39,748 bases of DNA from Prochlorococcus marinus str. MIT 9215 (GCA_949486985.1 CATBLW010000002.1:1-39748); one strand, 5' to 3'; shown: positions 1 through 10,214, counted from the stretch's first letter. A program made the numbers and translations. Notes: generated by a model from the sequence alone, not told the origin.

Positions 1-119
1 CGATAGCTGGTCTTATCAACAACGCCTTTGAGGAAGCAGCTCACAAAGCCAGTGTTCTCCGCCATCGTGTGGGCTTTCTTGGTGCCTTCTCTCAGTTGGG
101 CCGCTAGAGCTACAGACAT
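1..119 (-). CDS. ho1: heme oxygenase, N-terminal fragment (gene continues beyond the left window edge)
   Basis: The reverse complement of 1-119 starts with ATG (117-119) and reads MSVALAAQLREGTKKAHTMAENTGFVSCFLKGVVDKTSY. This matches the conserved N-terminus of cyanobacterial heme oxygenase 1. It is absent from the ORF track because the window truncates it. Confidence 0.85.
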   Translation of the reverse strand, partial: MSVALAAQLREGTKKAHTMAENTGFVSCFLKGVVDKTSY

Positions 120-284
120 GGCGTTGATTAATTGTTCATTAGATTGAAATTACCTTAGAAGTGTCTTGGGTTGCCTTCTTCTCAAGTACAGCCTTTGTAT
201 AGAGATCCTTCCCCCAGAACAGTTCTGCTAACAAGCACACTTCTGTTGATTAAGCATTGACAAGAACAATCGTTGAAATCCGAT

Positions 285-500
285 TCAAGATTCGCTTTGC
301 TTGTCACGTTGAGCAATGAGCTGGGAAAGAACTTCTTCAATACGTTGAAGCTCTGGATGTTCCTCCAGGGTTGAGTCCACCTTCTTTTTCGGTAGTCGAA
401 GCTTCTGCCCCATAGCGATCACATCCTGCTTCAGCCTCTGCTGGTAGGTCGTGAGCTCTTCGATTGCCTCCTGGAGCTCGTTAAGACTTGGTTCTGTCAT
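285..500 (-). CDS. small conserved-looking coiled-coil protein upstream of ho1 (function unknown)
   Basis: ORF 285-548. The first ATG is at 500 (MTEPSLNELQEAIEELTTYQQRLKQDVIAMGQKL...). It has heptad-like charged composition and lies on the same strand as ho1, just upstream of it. No domain recognised. Confidence 0.45.
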   Translation of the reverse strand: MTEPSLNELQEAIEELTTYQQRLKQDVIAMGQKLRLPKKKVDSTLEEHPELQRIEEVLSQLIAQRDKQSES

Positions 501-923
501 TGATTTAGTTGCACCCCCGAAGCCTATATGGCTGGATTGATCAGCCAAGGCGAAGAAATCAAGGCCTGGAAATCTGGAGAAAACCTTAAGAAGCCTTGTT
601 CATTGGGTTCTGCGGGCGCTTTGAGCGACCACTTTTCGTGGCTTGCAGCTTATTCAGCCCTGTCAGAGACTGGTCGCTTGGTGGTTGTTGCTGATTCGGT
701 GACGAACCTTTGCGTGACTTCTGTCTATTCCGCTTGGCTTCCTCTCGTGACGCTTAGGTTGTCGCAGAGCTTTTAAGCCCAAGCGGGGCAAGTTCATTCC
801 TAGCCGCTTTAAAGACGAGAAAGTCTGAGAAATGTGATGCATTGCCATCACTTCAGAACTTCTTCCTTTGAAAATGCTTTCGGAATGCCTTGCCCATCAG
901 GATTTCAAGCTTTTCTTCCCTAA

Positions 924-1493
<570 letters not shown>

Positions 1494-1539
1494 TTTAGCT
1501 GATCACTTTTTAATTCATTTCAATCAAACTTCCATCTAA

Positions 1540-2046
<507 letters not shown>

Positions 2047-2073
2047 GCACTCGAGCAGTCTTGCTCTTCAATG

Positions 2074-2101
2074 AAGGAGGCCTTAGGGCCTCCTTTTTTT
2101 T
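2074..2101 (+). terminator. rho-independent terminator after cpeA
   Basis: Perfect 9-bp stem AAGGAGGCC (2074-2082) / GGCCTCCTT (2087-2095) with a TTAG loop. The 3' arm runs into a T tract that extends to 2101. Confidence 0.8.
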
Positions 2102-2207
2102 CGTTATTTGTCGCGTCTCTGTTCTGTTGGCTGTGGCAATGAGAAATTAAACTATTTAGGAGCCTAGATTTCATAAGGCTGAGACCAGATTTCGCAAAGA
2201 CCTAAAC

Positions 2208-2831
2208 ATGAGTGATCCTGCAAACGAAGCGCCTGATCTAGAGCGTTTATTTGAAGACTTGGCCCATCCCAATCCTTATTTGCAGGCTGAAGCTTATGCA
2301 GCCATGGGTGAGTATTGGCTTGAAGAATCTATTCCTCGCCTCCTCTCCTTGCTTGACCAGCCAGATGTGTCTCTACGTAGGGCTTCGGTAAGAGCTCTCG
2401 GTTCATTTGGCGCCTGCACGTTGCTTCCTTTGGCGGAGATGTTTCATGCCAGTCAGGACGGCACAGTGCGAGCTAGTTGTATTAAGGCTTATGCGCAGAT
2501 TGCCTCTAACTATCCTCTAGAACCTTTCCCAAAGGAGGCGATGGATGCGTTGGAATTGGCGTTGAAAGATGATTATCCGGTTGTCTCTGTTGCTGCTGTC
2601 ATGGCCCTCGGCCAGGTTGGTAAGCAGGCTTTGGATCTTTTGCGGCAAGTGTGCAAAGGAGACAATCCAGCACAAGCTGTTGCAGCCGTTAATGCTTTGG
2701 CGCAGATTGATGATCCCTCTGTTGAAATTTGCTTCGGCGAGCTTCTGGAAGATGAGTCTACGGATAGTTATGTTCGCGAAACCGTTAATTCGTCTTTGGA
2801 ACGTGTTAAAGATATGAAGAGTCGTGGTTGA
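2208..2831 (+). CDS. cpeZ: HEAT-repeat phycoerythrin lyase subunit, CpeZ-like
   Basis: 207 aa. The N-terminal LFEDLAHPNPYLQAEAYAAMGE motif matches the LF..L.HPNP signature I associate with CpeZ. HEAT-like repeats follow (SLRRASVRALG, VSVAAVMALG, AVAAVNALA). Size and position next to cpeBA fit. Confidence 0.7.
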   Translation: MSDPANEAPDLERLFEDLAHPNPYLQAEAYAAMGEYWLEESIPRLLSLLDQPDVSLRRASVRALGSFGACTLLPLAEMFHASQDGTVRASCIKAYAQIASNYPLEPFPKEAMDALELALKDDYPVVSVAAVMALGQVGKQALDLLRQVCKGDNPAQAVAAVNALAQIDDPSVEICFGELLEDESTDSYVRETVNSSLERVKDMKSRG

Positions 2832-2865
2832 TTAGTTGGCTAGATATGTTGTTGATTCTATTTGG

Positions 2866-3762
2866 TTAGTCGGTGTCATTTAATTGATTGATTGCTAGCC
2901 TTAGGATTGATTTTACGGTTGGGTCTTGCTCTAGTGAATCCTGCTCTTTCAGTGCAGGTGTTGCCTCACTAGCGCCAAGTTTCATCAGTGAAAGTGCTGC
3001 GTTCTTGCGAACTTGCGGTTCATTGTCTGCGATCATTGGCAGCAAAAGGGGCTCTGCCCAATCGGCGTCATGCAGCTTGCCTAATAAAGTACTTGCTTCT
3101 GCTCTTACATCACTCGCTTGGTCATTGAGTGCATTCATTAACAACACCTTGGCTTGCTCATCTTCAAGCGATTGAATTTGATCTCCAAGTGCTGCAATGG
3201 CTGCAGTGCGGATTTCAGCGTGCTCAGATTGCGCTGCCTTGCGAAGAGCTTCTGGCGCTTTGGCTCCGACAAATGAGAGCCCCCAGCTAGCAAGCCCGAT
3301 TTGCATGGCAGTGGCTTCGGGTTGGAGTAATACCTCGAGAAGTACATCGACCGATTCGGCGCCTATTGCCGCCATGGCGCCAACAGCTGAACCTTGAACG
3401 ACTGGATCAGCGTCGTTGAGGAGTGAATCGAGAAGGGCGGGCAGGGATTGGGGATCTCCAATCAGTGTGAGGGTTTTCGCAGCCGCTCTTCTGACGGTGA
3501 CATTTTGATGGTTGCGCATCGCGGCACAGAGGGCCGGCACAGCACTGGCTCCAACGGCACCAAGGCTTTCGGCGAAGGTGAGTCGTAACAATCCCCGAGG
3601 ATCCCCCAGACCAGCCACCATCCGTTGAATCTGTGCTGTATCGCTATCTCCTAATTTTCCCTCTCTAAGCAGTGTTTTTAATTCGCTCGCAAGTCCTGCC
3701 GCTTCCTCTTCACTCAGTTGAATGGCTTCATCATTGATGGGGAGAGAGTGCTCTTGCGTCAC
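2866..3762 (-). CDS. CpcE/CpcF-clan (E/F-type) HEAT-repeat phycoerythrin bilin lyase, MpeU/MpeV/CpeF size class
   Basis: 298 aa with repeated HEAT units (VTVRRAAAKTLTLIGDPQSLPALLDSLLNDADPVVQGSAVGAM, AEIRTAAIAALGD, SDVRAEASTLLGKL, PQVRKNAALSLMKLG). The apparent start is GTG at 3762. I cannot discriminate the family member by eye. Confidence 0.7.
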   Translation of the reverse strand: MTQEHSLPINDEAIQLSEEEAAGLASELKTLLREGKLGDSDTAQIQRMVAGLGDPRGLLRLTFAESLGAVGASAVPALCAAMRNHQNVTVRRAAAKTLTLIGDPQSLPALLDSLLNDADPVVQGSAVGAMAAIGAESVDVLLEVLLQPEATAMQIGLASWGLSFVGAKAPEALRKAAQSEHAEIRTAAIAALGDQIQSLEDEQAKVLLMNALNDQASDVRAEASTLLGKLHDADWAEPLLLPMIADNEPQVRKNAALSLMKLGASEATPALKEQDSLEQDPTVKSILRLAINQLNDTD

Positions 3763-3889
3763 GGCCTGCTAATGGTTTAGCTCTTTATTATCCAGGGAAT
3801 GGTGGTCAAGCGTAAAGTTTGTTCTTCAATCCATTCTGCTCTTCACTCCAAAGAGTTTGTGGCTAGGCAACCGCCCATCATTGGAATTC

Positions 3890-4324
3890 ATGACGACGTT
3901 TGTTGTTTCTAATAACCTTCAGGTGTCATCACCTGATGTTCCAGCGCTATCTCCTGAGAACATTGCTGAAGGCCTCCGCAAGCATTGCCCTTCTTTGACT
4001 GCGGTGGATGCCTTGAACCATCCTCATTGGATGGTCAGCCTTGATTCATCCGCCTCTTCCGAGGATTTGGCTAATGAGTTGGTTAAAGCATGGCGAAATA
4101 TCCGACAAGAATTAGGGCATGCTCTGGATCATTCAGTTATGGCACTTGGTGGTCGCAAGGATGAGGTTGGTTCTCCAGATTCACCACTTCAGAAAGGTAG
4201 TTGGGGTGTAGATGTGGTTGAAACAGTAGACCCAAGCGGATTTTTAACGTCAATAAATTGGAGTAATCTTAAGGCTAAACGACCAGCCGATGGTGTCTTT
4301 GAAGTTGTTGATCAAGTCTCTTGA
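3890..4324 (+). CDS. hypothetical protein (no recognisable domain) between two lyase genes
   Basis: ORF 3857-4324. The first ATG is at 3890 (MTTFVVSNNLQVSSPDVPALSPENIAEGLRKH...). Composition resembles the neighbouring genes, and AT-rich spacers flank it. Confidence 0.4.
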   Translation: MTTFVVSNNLQVSSPDVPALSPENIAEGLRKHCPSLTAVDALNHPHWMVSLDSSASSEDLANELVKAWRNIRQELGHALDHSVMALGGRKDEVGSPDSPLQKGSWGVDVVETVDPSGFLTSINWSNLKAKRPADGVFEVVDQVS

Positions 4325-4589
4325 AATAATGAATTTGTTACTGGCAAATCGGAGCATGTGGCCCTTCCTGTAGTTGAATGTTTGGGGTTTTGATTATTTC
4401 AAGTAAAGATATCTATTGGCTTTTTTAAACAAGTCATAAGATGGCGTTGATGTTGTATTTAGGCCTGATAAGTAAAATTGAGAGATCAGAATTTTTGCTC
4501 TAATTTTATTGCTTAAGTTGTTGCAGCTTTCACTTTGCAACACCAAGGTTTAGGGTCGTGTTGATGATCTCTTTGCGCTCCTTGATTCG

Positions 4590-5918
4590 GTGAATGGTCG
4601 CCCTTTTGACAATATCCACCCAGGCTTGAGTCAGCAGGAGGCTCTGAGGATTATTTCGGCTCCAATGGCTGAGCTGGAGGCCGCTAGTGATTACTACATG
4701 GCGGCGGCTCATCTTATTAATTATCCAGGGCCGGAAACTGAGCAGGCCTTGCTAGTCCTGCTTCAAAGGCAGTCCAGTGAACAGGCTTTGCTGCTGGCAC
4801 AACGCAAGGCGGTTGAGGTTCTTGCAAGGTTGGGATGTGTCCAAGCCATTCCAGCGATAGGGCGTTGTTTGCAAAGCACTGATCCATACCTTGTTGAGAA
4901 TGCTGCTTGGGCTCTTCAGGAGTTGCATTGTGATTGTTCAGAGCTCCATGAACAGATGGTGTCACTGCTCTCTGATCGGTTGCAGAATCGGCGGGTTTTG
5001 ATTCAGAGCTTGGCGAGCCTTGGTGTGGACAGTGCTGTTTCGCAGATCACAGGCCTGCAAGATGATGATCTGCCAGGTGTCCGTGGTGCTGCTTTGGCAG
5101 CAGTGAGCAGGCTCGGAGGCTCTTTGGAGCGGGTTCATGAACTTGAAGCTCAGCTCACGTTGCCCAATCAAATGGATCGCCAATCAGCCATTCAGGACAT
5201 TATCGATTGCCAAGCATTTGATCTGCTGCCGTCAGTCATGCGTGCACCCGTTTCCCCAGTTTTTCGGATGCGGGCTGTTCATGCTTTATGGCCTGTTGAT
5301 CAGGTTGAGCATCTTGGTCTTGATCTGCTGGAGACTCTTGATGATTTGTTTCTTGATGAACCCAGCTCTTTGGTTTTGGTACATCGCTATGACGAAGCGC
5401 CAACGGAAGAATTTTTACTGCAGGAGTTTTTTGGAACTGATTTCAGTCGTTGTTATTTAGCATTGCAGAGCCTTTCTGCACGATCTGCAGATCTGCTTTG
5501 GCCATTGATTTGGACTCGATGGCAGCAGGAAGCCCACAATGACTACGGAGCACATTATTTCTTTGTGCGTCTTTTGGGCAGGTTTGAATCATGGCCAGCA
5601 GATTCAATCGAACAAATTGAGGGAATACTTGTATCTGCAATTGAAAATAAACGACCGCAATTTTTGAAGTCAAAACCTGCAGCCATCCTCTCGCTGATGC
5701 AATTGAATCCTAAGAAGTGTCTTTTTTTAGTCTCAGGGTGGCTGGATGCTGAGCAGACCCCCTTTTGGGAGAGTCGTTATGCAGCTCTGCTTGCTATTCA
5801 ACCATTTATCAACAACTCTGGATGGGATTCTCTGCGCAATGTTCTGCCTAGTTGTCAAGAGGATATACACCCCTTTGTGCGTGCAAAGGCGAGGTTATTG
5901 ATTGACAGACTTAATTGA
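4590..5918 (+). CDS. cpeY: large HEAT-repeat phycoerythrin lyase, CpeY-like
   Basis: 442 aa with PBS-lyase HEAT repeats (RKAVEVLARLGCVQAIPAIGRCLQSTDPYLVENAAWALQEL, PGVRGAALAAVSRLGG) and a long C-terminal helical region. Size matches CpeY (about 430-440 aa). The start is uncertain (GTG at 4590). Confidence 0.7.
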   Translation: MNGRPFDNIHPGLSQQEALRIISAPMAELEAASDYYMAAAHLINYPGPETEQALLVLLQRQSSEQALLLAQRKAVEVLARLGCVQAIPAIGRCLQSTDPYLVENAAWALQELHCDCSELHEQMVSLLSDRLQNRRVLIQSLASLGVDSAVSQITGLQDDDLPGVRGAALAAVSRLGGSLERVHELEAQLTLPNQMDRQSAIQDIIDCQAFDLLPSVMRAPVSPVFRMRAVHALWPVDQVEHLGLDLLETLDDLFLDEPSSLVLVHRYDEAPTEEFLLQEFFGTDFSRCYLALQSLSARSADLLWPLIWTRWQQEAHNDYGAHYFFVRLLGRFESWPADSIEQIEGILVSAIENKRPQFLKSKPAAILSLMQLNPKKCLFLVSGWLDAEQTPFWESRYAALLAIQPFINNSGWDSLRNVLPSCQEDIHPFVRAKARLLIDRLN

Positions 5919-6222
5919 CGATCTCTGAATAGCGTGTTTGGCTTGAACCGCGCTCCGCCCAGTATCGGAGAAGGTCTAGCCCATCCGGCCGAGGCACAGC
6001 GGCAATAGCCCGAAGCACTTTGAAGGAACGATTTGGGCCCATGGGCCAGTTCCCCATCGCTCGAATTTGTCTGACTCGCCCACCCATGTCTTCGATGAAG
6101 TGTTCGAAGCGTTCCAGTTGCGATTGATCGACGGTCTCAAAAATAAAATCTGTTCCTTCACAGATCAAGTGATGAGACCTGATCCATGCACGCAATTGCT
6201 TTTCGGCCTCACTGTTGATCAT
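5911..6222 (-). CDS. cpeR: phycoerythrin operon regulator CpeR
   Basis: 103 aa. The AEKQLRAWIRSHHLICEGTDFIFETVDQSQLERFEHFIEDMGGRVRQIRAMGNWPMGPNRSFKV pattern matches the CpeR family as I recall it. It lies downstream of cpeS-cpeT as in known operons. Its 3' end overlaps the cpeY 3' end by 8 nt (convergent). Confidence 0.8.
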   Translation of the reverse strand: MINSEAEKQLRAWIRSHHLICEGTDFIFETVDQSQLERFEHFIEDMGGRVRQIRAMGNWPMGPNRSFKVLRAIAAVPRPDGLDLLRYWAERGSSQTRYSEIVN

Positions 6223-6234
6223 TATTGAGACGAT

Positions 6235-6858
6235 TTATCTTGCGTCTGGAGGGCATGGTCGCAACCATGCTTCATTGAGATTGTCTCCAAGATTGGCAAC
6301 ACGCTTGAAGCGTAAAAGGCCATGTTCTGATCCCCAGCATTGTTCATCGTTGCTGGGGTCGAAACCACGATCACGACTGATCCAGGTATGCGCATTCACC
6401 TCAACTTCGCTGATGAGGTAGGTCATTTTTCCGTCTCGCGGAATGAGGCATTGGTTGCCAGGCTCAACTTCCCCTCGGTAATGACCAGGCGTCACCTCTT
6501 TGAAATGCATATTACAGCCACTTCTGTGGAGCTGTTCATCAAAACCGATGCGCTTCAGGAGCTCTTCACGAAACCCTCCGCCTGCCACTCGCTCTGGCTC
6601 AGTTAATCCATAGTTCTCCATCACAAACATGTTCTCGCTTGCAATTAAGCGATGCAGCCCCTGTCGGTAGGGGCGCCATGGATCATGATCGTGACTTTGC
6701 TCAGAATAAAAACCTGGACCTTGTAAAACTTGCCAAGGGAGAGGGCGAAAATAAATATTGATATGGGAAAAGTCCTTGGGGTTCTCTTGTGCTTGAGCAA
6801 AGTTGCTGTAATGACCAGCCAATGTTTTTGCGAAGTGCAAAAGAGTTTGATCACTCAT
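6235..6858 (-). CDS. cpeT: T-type bilin lyase (CpeT/CpcT, DUF1001 family)
   Basis: 207 aa. LAGHYSNFAQAQENPKDFSHINIYFRPLPW...FYSEQ...PYRQGLHRL...GC.M.F...G.Y.G.VEPG..C...R.G..TYL.SE.E.. is the T-type lyase signature. It sits between cpeS and cpeR. Confidence 0.85.
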   Translation of the reverse strand: MSDQTLLHFAKTLAGHYSNFAQAQENPKDFSHINIYFRPLPWQVLQGPGFYSEQSHDHDPWRPYRQGLHRLIASENMFVMENYGLTEPERVAGGGFREELLKRIGFDEQLHRSGCNMHFKEVTPGHYRGEVEPGNQCLIPRDGKMTYLISEVEVNAHTWISRDRGFDPSNDEQCWGSEHGLLRFKRVANLGDNLNEAWLRPCPPDAR

Positions 6859-6869
6859 TCCTAGTTCTC

Positions 6870-7406
6870 TCAGGCTTCTATTCGGCGCACTTCCGATGCA
6901 AAGGATGTTTGCAGTACTCCTGATCCCGCTGAGGTGCGAAGCACAGAAGACCTGCAGCGAACATGGTCTGAAACGAACCAGATTCGCTCTTCGGCAATTG
7001 ATTGTTCATATTGCGTTCTGAGTATGAACGTTCCGTCTGAAAGAAAAGAGTATTGAGAAAGTGCTTGCTCTGCCTCGGCGTAGCCAAGACTACGCAGTAA
7101 AAGCCCCTGTGATGATGAGGTTGGTACGGGCACTAAAATGCATGAACCAGCAGATACTTCTGAAGGATCTTCTGGCTCCCAATCGCTTTCGGCATTCCAT
7201 TCCATTCTGAATGGGCTAATACCTTGTTCACCTTTCGCTTCAGGAGTTGATTGAACGAGATTAATTACTTCTTGATCGTCTGGGCTTACTTTCTTGATCT
7301 CAATCTCGCTTAATACCTCTTCGAATTGTTGAAAGGCTAGGGAATGACCGCTGCGCATTGAGCGCCACTTTCCTTCGCTTCGAGCAACGAACTGCTCAAT
7401 ATCCAT
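6870..7406 (-). CDS. cpeS: S-type bilin lyase (CpeS/CpcS family)
   Basis: 178 aa. The N-terminal MDIEQFVARSEGKWRSMRSGHSLAF is the F...S.G.W.S.RS.H motif of S/U-type lyases. It is the first gene of the cpeS-cpeT-cpeR string. Confidence 0.8.
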   Translation of the reverse strand: MDIEQFVARSEGKWRSMRSGHSLAFQQFEEVLSEIEIKKVSPDDQEVINLVQSTPEAKGEQGISPFRMEWNAESDWEPEDPSEVSAGSCILVPVPTSSSQGLLLRSLGYAEAEQALSQYSFLSDGTFILRTQYEQSIAEERIWFVSDHVRCRSSVLRTSAGSGVLQTSFASEVRRIEA

Positions 7407-7723
7407 TAATACTTAGCTGGTTCGTTATGGCCTAGGCCTAGCTCGGATTGATGGTCTCTGGTTGTTTGAATCATGTGAACCATGGAGTCAATCATCATGG
7501 ACATGGCCATGGGAACATCAGAAACCGAATTCTGGAAAGACGATTGATGGCCCGAGCTTTCGCTGGATGGTTGGCGAAGTAGGGGCATGTGGGAGGAGCG
7601 AATGTACGAGCTGTTTAAGAAGCCTCTACTTAGAGGCTATTCAGTTGATCGGTGCCGTGAGGCTTACTCGTTAGACACCGATCATGAATCATTGGGGCGC
7701 TTCAATGAGAGAAGCGCTGTTCA

Positions 7724-8458
7724 CTATGAAGCGTTTGTAATGGAAAGGATTCTGCCGCCTTGCTTTTGAATGCTTTGAATCGTGCTCGATAGTGAGCTTT
7801 GGGTAACGACTGACTTCTGCACGGAGCGACGGGCGATCCCGACTTGACGATGAGAAGTCCAATTGATGCGAATCGTTCCGGCAGCACCAACACCTTTTCT
7901 GTTCACCACATCTGGTGTGTTTCCACTGGTTAGGCTTGCTTGCAGAGCGGAATATGCAGGGTTGTCAAAACCTGCATAGCCAGGATCGAGAACTTTTGTC
8001 CTCGCGAAGGCAAGAGTTGTCTCGCCGACTGTTGCGATGTTGGTGCGGGTATGGGGAACCGTGTCGATTCCAAAGCTGCTGAGATACTCGTCGCTATTTG
8101 TGTAGCTCTCTATCTCTGCCTCAAAACCTTCATTCGCCAAACGCTCGACATGCTCGACGATTTCGGCTTGATCGCGAGGAGGGCGGCCGAGTAAGTGCTT
8201 GCAGTTCAGTTCGACGAAGCGATATGGGCTACTTGGCTCTAAAAACATGCGCCTATAGGCATCTGACTGGGCCAGTGCTGTAACAAGCCCTTGAACAGTC
8301 AGGTCGCCATTCATGAACAAGGCTTCATGTGACGGGTTGATGTCATTCTCCATCATGTGGTAGTTACCAAACACCTGACGATATGCAGCACGCAACACAT
8401 CAGAAGCGTGACCTTGATCTGTGTTGGGTTGTGCTGAGAGTGTGATGGTTGCTGACAT
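7724..8458 (-). CDS. cpeE: phycoerythrin-associated rod linker, CpeE-like
   Basis: 244 aa with one PBS-linker domain (LRAAYRQVFGNYHMMEND...YRFVELNCKHLLGRPPRDQAEIVEHVERLANEGFEAEIESYTNSDEYLSSFGIDTVP) and a CpcD-like C-terminus (...QKQGGRILSITNAS). It is the last gene of the cpeC-mpeD-cpeE order. Confidence 0.8.
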   Translation of the reverse strand: MSATITLSAQPNTDQGHASDVLRAAYRQVFGNYHMMENDINPSHEALFMNGDLTVQGLVTALAQSDAYRRMFLEPSSPYRFVELNCKHLLGRPPRDQAEIVEHVERLANEGFEAEIESYTNSDEYLSSFGIDTVPHTRTNIATVGETTLAFARTKVLDPGYAGFDNPAYSALQASLTSGNTPDVVNRKGVGAAGTIRINWTSHRQVGIARRSVQKSVVTQSSLSSTIQSIQKQGGRILSITNAS

Positions 8459-8482
8459 TGTTGGGAGAGAAATGTTTGGAGG

Positions 8483-8517
8483 AAAAAAATTCTCCCGACG
8501 AGTAAAAGTCGGGAGAA
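8483..8517 (-). terminator. strong rho-independent terminator between mpeD and cpeE
   Basis: On the minus strand there is a 10-bp perfect stem (8517-8508 pairing with 8499-8490) and an 8-nt loop, then seven T (plus-strand A-run 8483-8489). It ends only about 24 nt before the cpeE ATG (8458). Confidence 0.75.
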
Positions 8518-8558
8518 GGTATTTAGAGGGCTAAATTAATCTGACCTTTGTCTCTAAA

Positions 8559-10214
8559 TCAGAGCACTTCAGTAATTGAGACAATACGACCGCCGCGACG
8601 GTGGATGTACTGCATTTGGCTGCTCATATCTTTCCCGCTTACGAGGTAGCTTGAATTTGATGTGCGCTGACGAGCACCTGCTGGCTGCGCCTGAACAACG
8701 ATGCGGAAGCGCTTCTTGGTTGGATCTGAAGATCCAGAGATTGCGCTGTTCCGGTTGATACGCGTTGTTGTTTTGCTCCATCCACTTGGTGTTGCACCTG
8801 TCGCAACAGAGTTCACCAAAGCAGAACTGGTGAGCGAAGTGTCACTTGCTGCGTATCCTTCAGCCAGAGACAGATGACGGTTGAAGGCGAGTTGTGAACG
8901 ACCACTCTCAGTGAGGATTCTTACGTAAGGAACGGTGTCTTCCCCGAAGGTTGATTGATACTCCTCGCTATCCACGTAGCTATTGATTTCAGCCTCATAG
9001 CCTTCGTCTGCCAGGCGGCGAATATGCTCGCTTACCTCGGCTTGAGAAATTGGCGCCCTACCGAGAATGTGCTTGAAGTTGAGTTCAACAAAGCGATAAG
9101 GAGCGTTTGTTTCAAAGAAACGACGGCTGTATTCAGGTGAAAGTGCAATGGCACGAACGAATTCTCTAGTGCTTAGGAAGCCATCGAGATACTTGCTTTC
9201 ACCTTCGCTGCAACGCTCAAACTCCATCAGATGAGGATTGCCCATCACTTGGCGATAGGTTGAGCGAATCAGTGCAGCTACCTGCTCTGAGTTGTCACCT
9301 GGGCAACGCTGGAAGACTTCCTGCTCACGCTGGCCGAGTCCAAAGCCCACATAAACATCGTTGCGGATCGGTGTGGAATCGCCACCATCGCTGCTGGAGC
9401 GAACCTTGGATGCGAAAACGGCTTTGGTGCCAGAGCCTGATGATGCTCCACCACTGCTGCTGACTTGGGCAGGTACAGAGATGCTTGCTGAAGTGCCTCT
9501 AGCAAGATTGCTTACGAGTTGACTTCTGCGTCCAACTGCATTGTCACTGGTAGCAAAACTTCTCTCAAGCACTGCAAGTGCTGGGAAGCTTGATGTGTAG
9601 TTGCCGGCAGGAGAATTAAAGGAACGAGCGTAAGGAACAATATTTGATCCGAAAACTTCCTGGTATTCACCTGAATCAGCGATGCAATCAACTACGGCGT
9701 CGTATCCATCGCTAGCGAGCAAGGCGATGTGTTGTGCAACTTCTGACTGATTAAGAGGTGCACGGCCAAGTAAATGCTTGAAATTAAGTTCGATGCCGCG
9801 CTGAGGAGATACTGAGTGGAAGTATTTGTTCTTATAGAAGCTGGTTTTGGCTAATCCCTTCACAAAGCCTTGAACGGTGATATCTCCGTTCATTAGCCTT
9901 GCTTCTAATGATGCACAGCGCTCATTGTCTGTGGGAGCAAGGTTCCCGAAAACTTGGCGATAGGCAGCAGAAATAACATTCTGTAGAGCAGAGGAGTCGT
10001 CTGGGTGATACTCCTGGAAGGTCACAACATGGGGGCATTCAGCATGTGAACGCGGCCCGATTCCGATACGCATCTGAGCGCAGGATTGGCGCTTGAATTC
10101 TCCAATTGTCAATGCTGCTTGGTTCTTTGAACCTTGCTTTTTTGAATATGAAACAGGTGCATCTGACTTGGAGAGTGCGCCGAATCCTTGTGAAGCAGAT
10201 TGATTGCCAGCCAT
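8559..10214 (-). CDS. mpeD: chimeric two-domain PE-II/PE-I rod linker, MpeD-like
   Basis: 551 aa with two complete PBS-linker domains (ISAAYRQVFGNLAPTDNER...NFKHLLGRAPLNQSEVAQHIALLASDGYD and IRSTYRQVMGNPHLMEFER...NFKHILGRAPISQAEVSEHIRRLADEGYE). It has an N-terminal extension with Cys45 and Cys60 (SCAQMRIGIGPRSHAECPH) and a CpcD-like tail (HRRGGRIVSITEVL). Confidence 0.85.
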   Translation of the reverse strand: MAGNQSASQGFGALSKSDAPVSYSKKQGSKNQAALTIGEFKRQSCAQMRIGIGPRSHAECPHVVTFQEYHPDDSSALQNVISAAYRQVFGNLAPTDNERCASLEARLMNGDITVQGFVKGLAKTSFYKNKYFHSVSPQRGIELNFKHLLGRAPLNQSEVAQHIALLASDGYDAVVDCIADSGEYQEVFGSNIVPYARSFNSPAGNYTSSFPALAVLERSFATSDNAVGRRSQLVSNLARGTSASISVPAQVSSSGGASSGSGTKAVFASKVRSSSDGGDSTPIRNDVYVGFGLGQREQEVFQRCPGDNSEQVAALIRSTYRQVMGNPHLMEFERCSEGESKYLDGFLSTREFVRAIALSPEYSRRFFETNAPYRFVELNFKHILGRAPISQAEVSEHIRRLADEGYEAEINSYVDSEEYQSTFGEDTVPYVRILTESGRSQLAFNRHLSLAEGYAASDTSLTSSALVNSVATGATPSGWSKTTTRINRNSAISGSSDPTKKRFRIVVQAQPAGARQRTSNSSYLVSGKDMSSQMQYIHRRGGRIVSITEVL

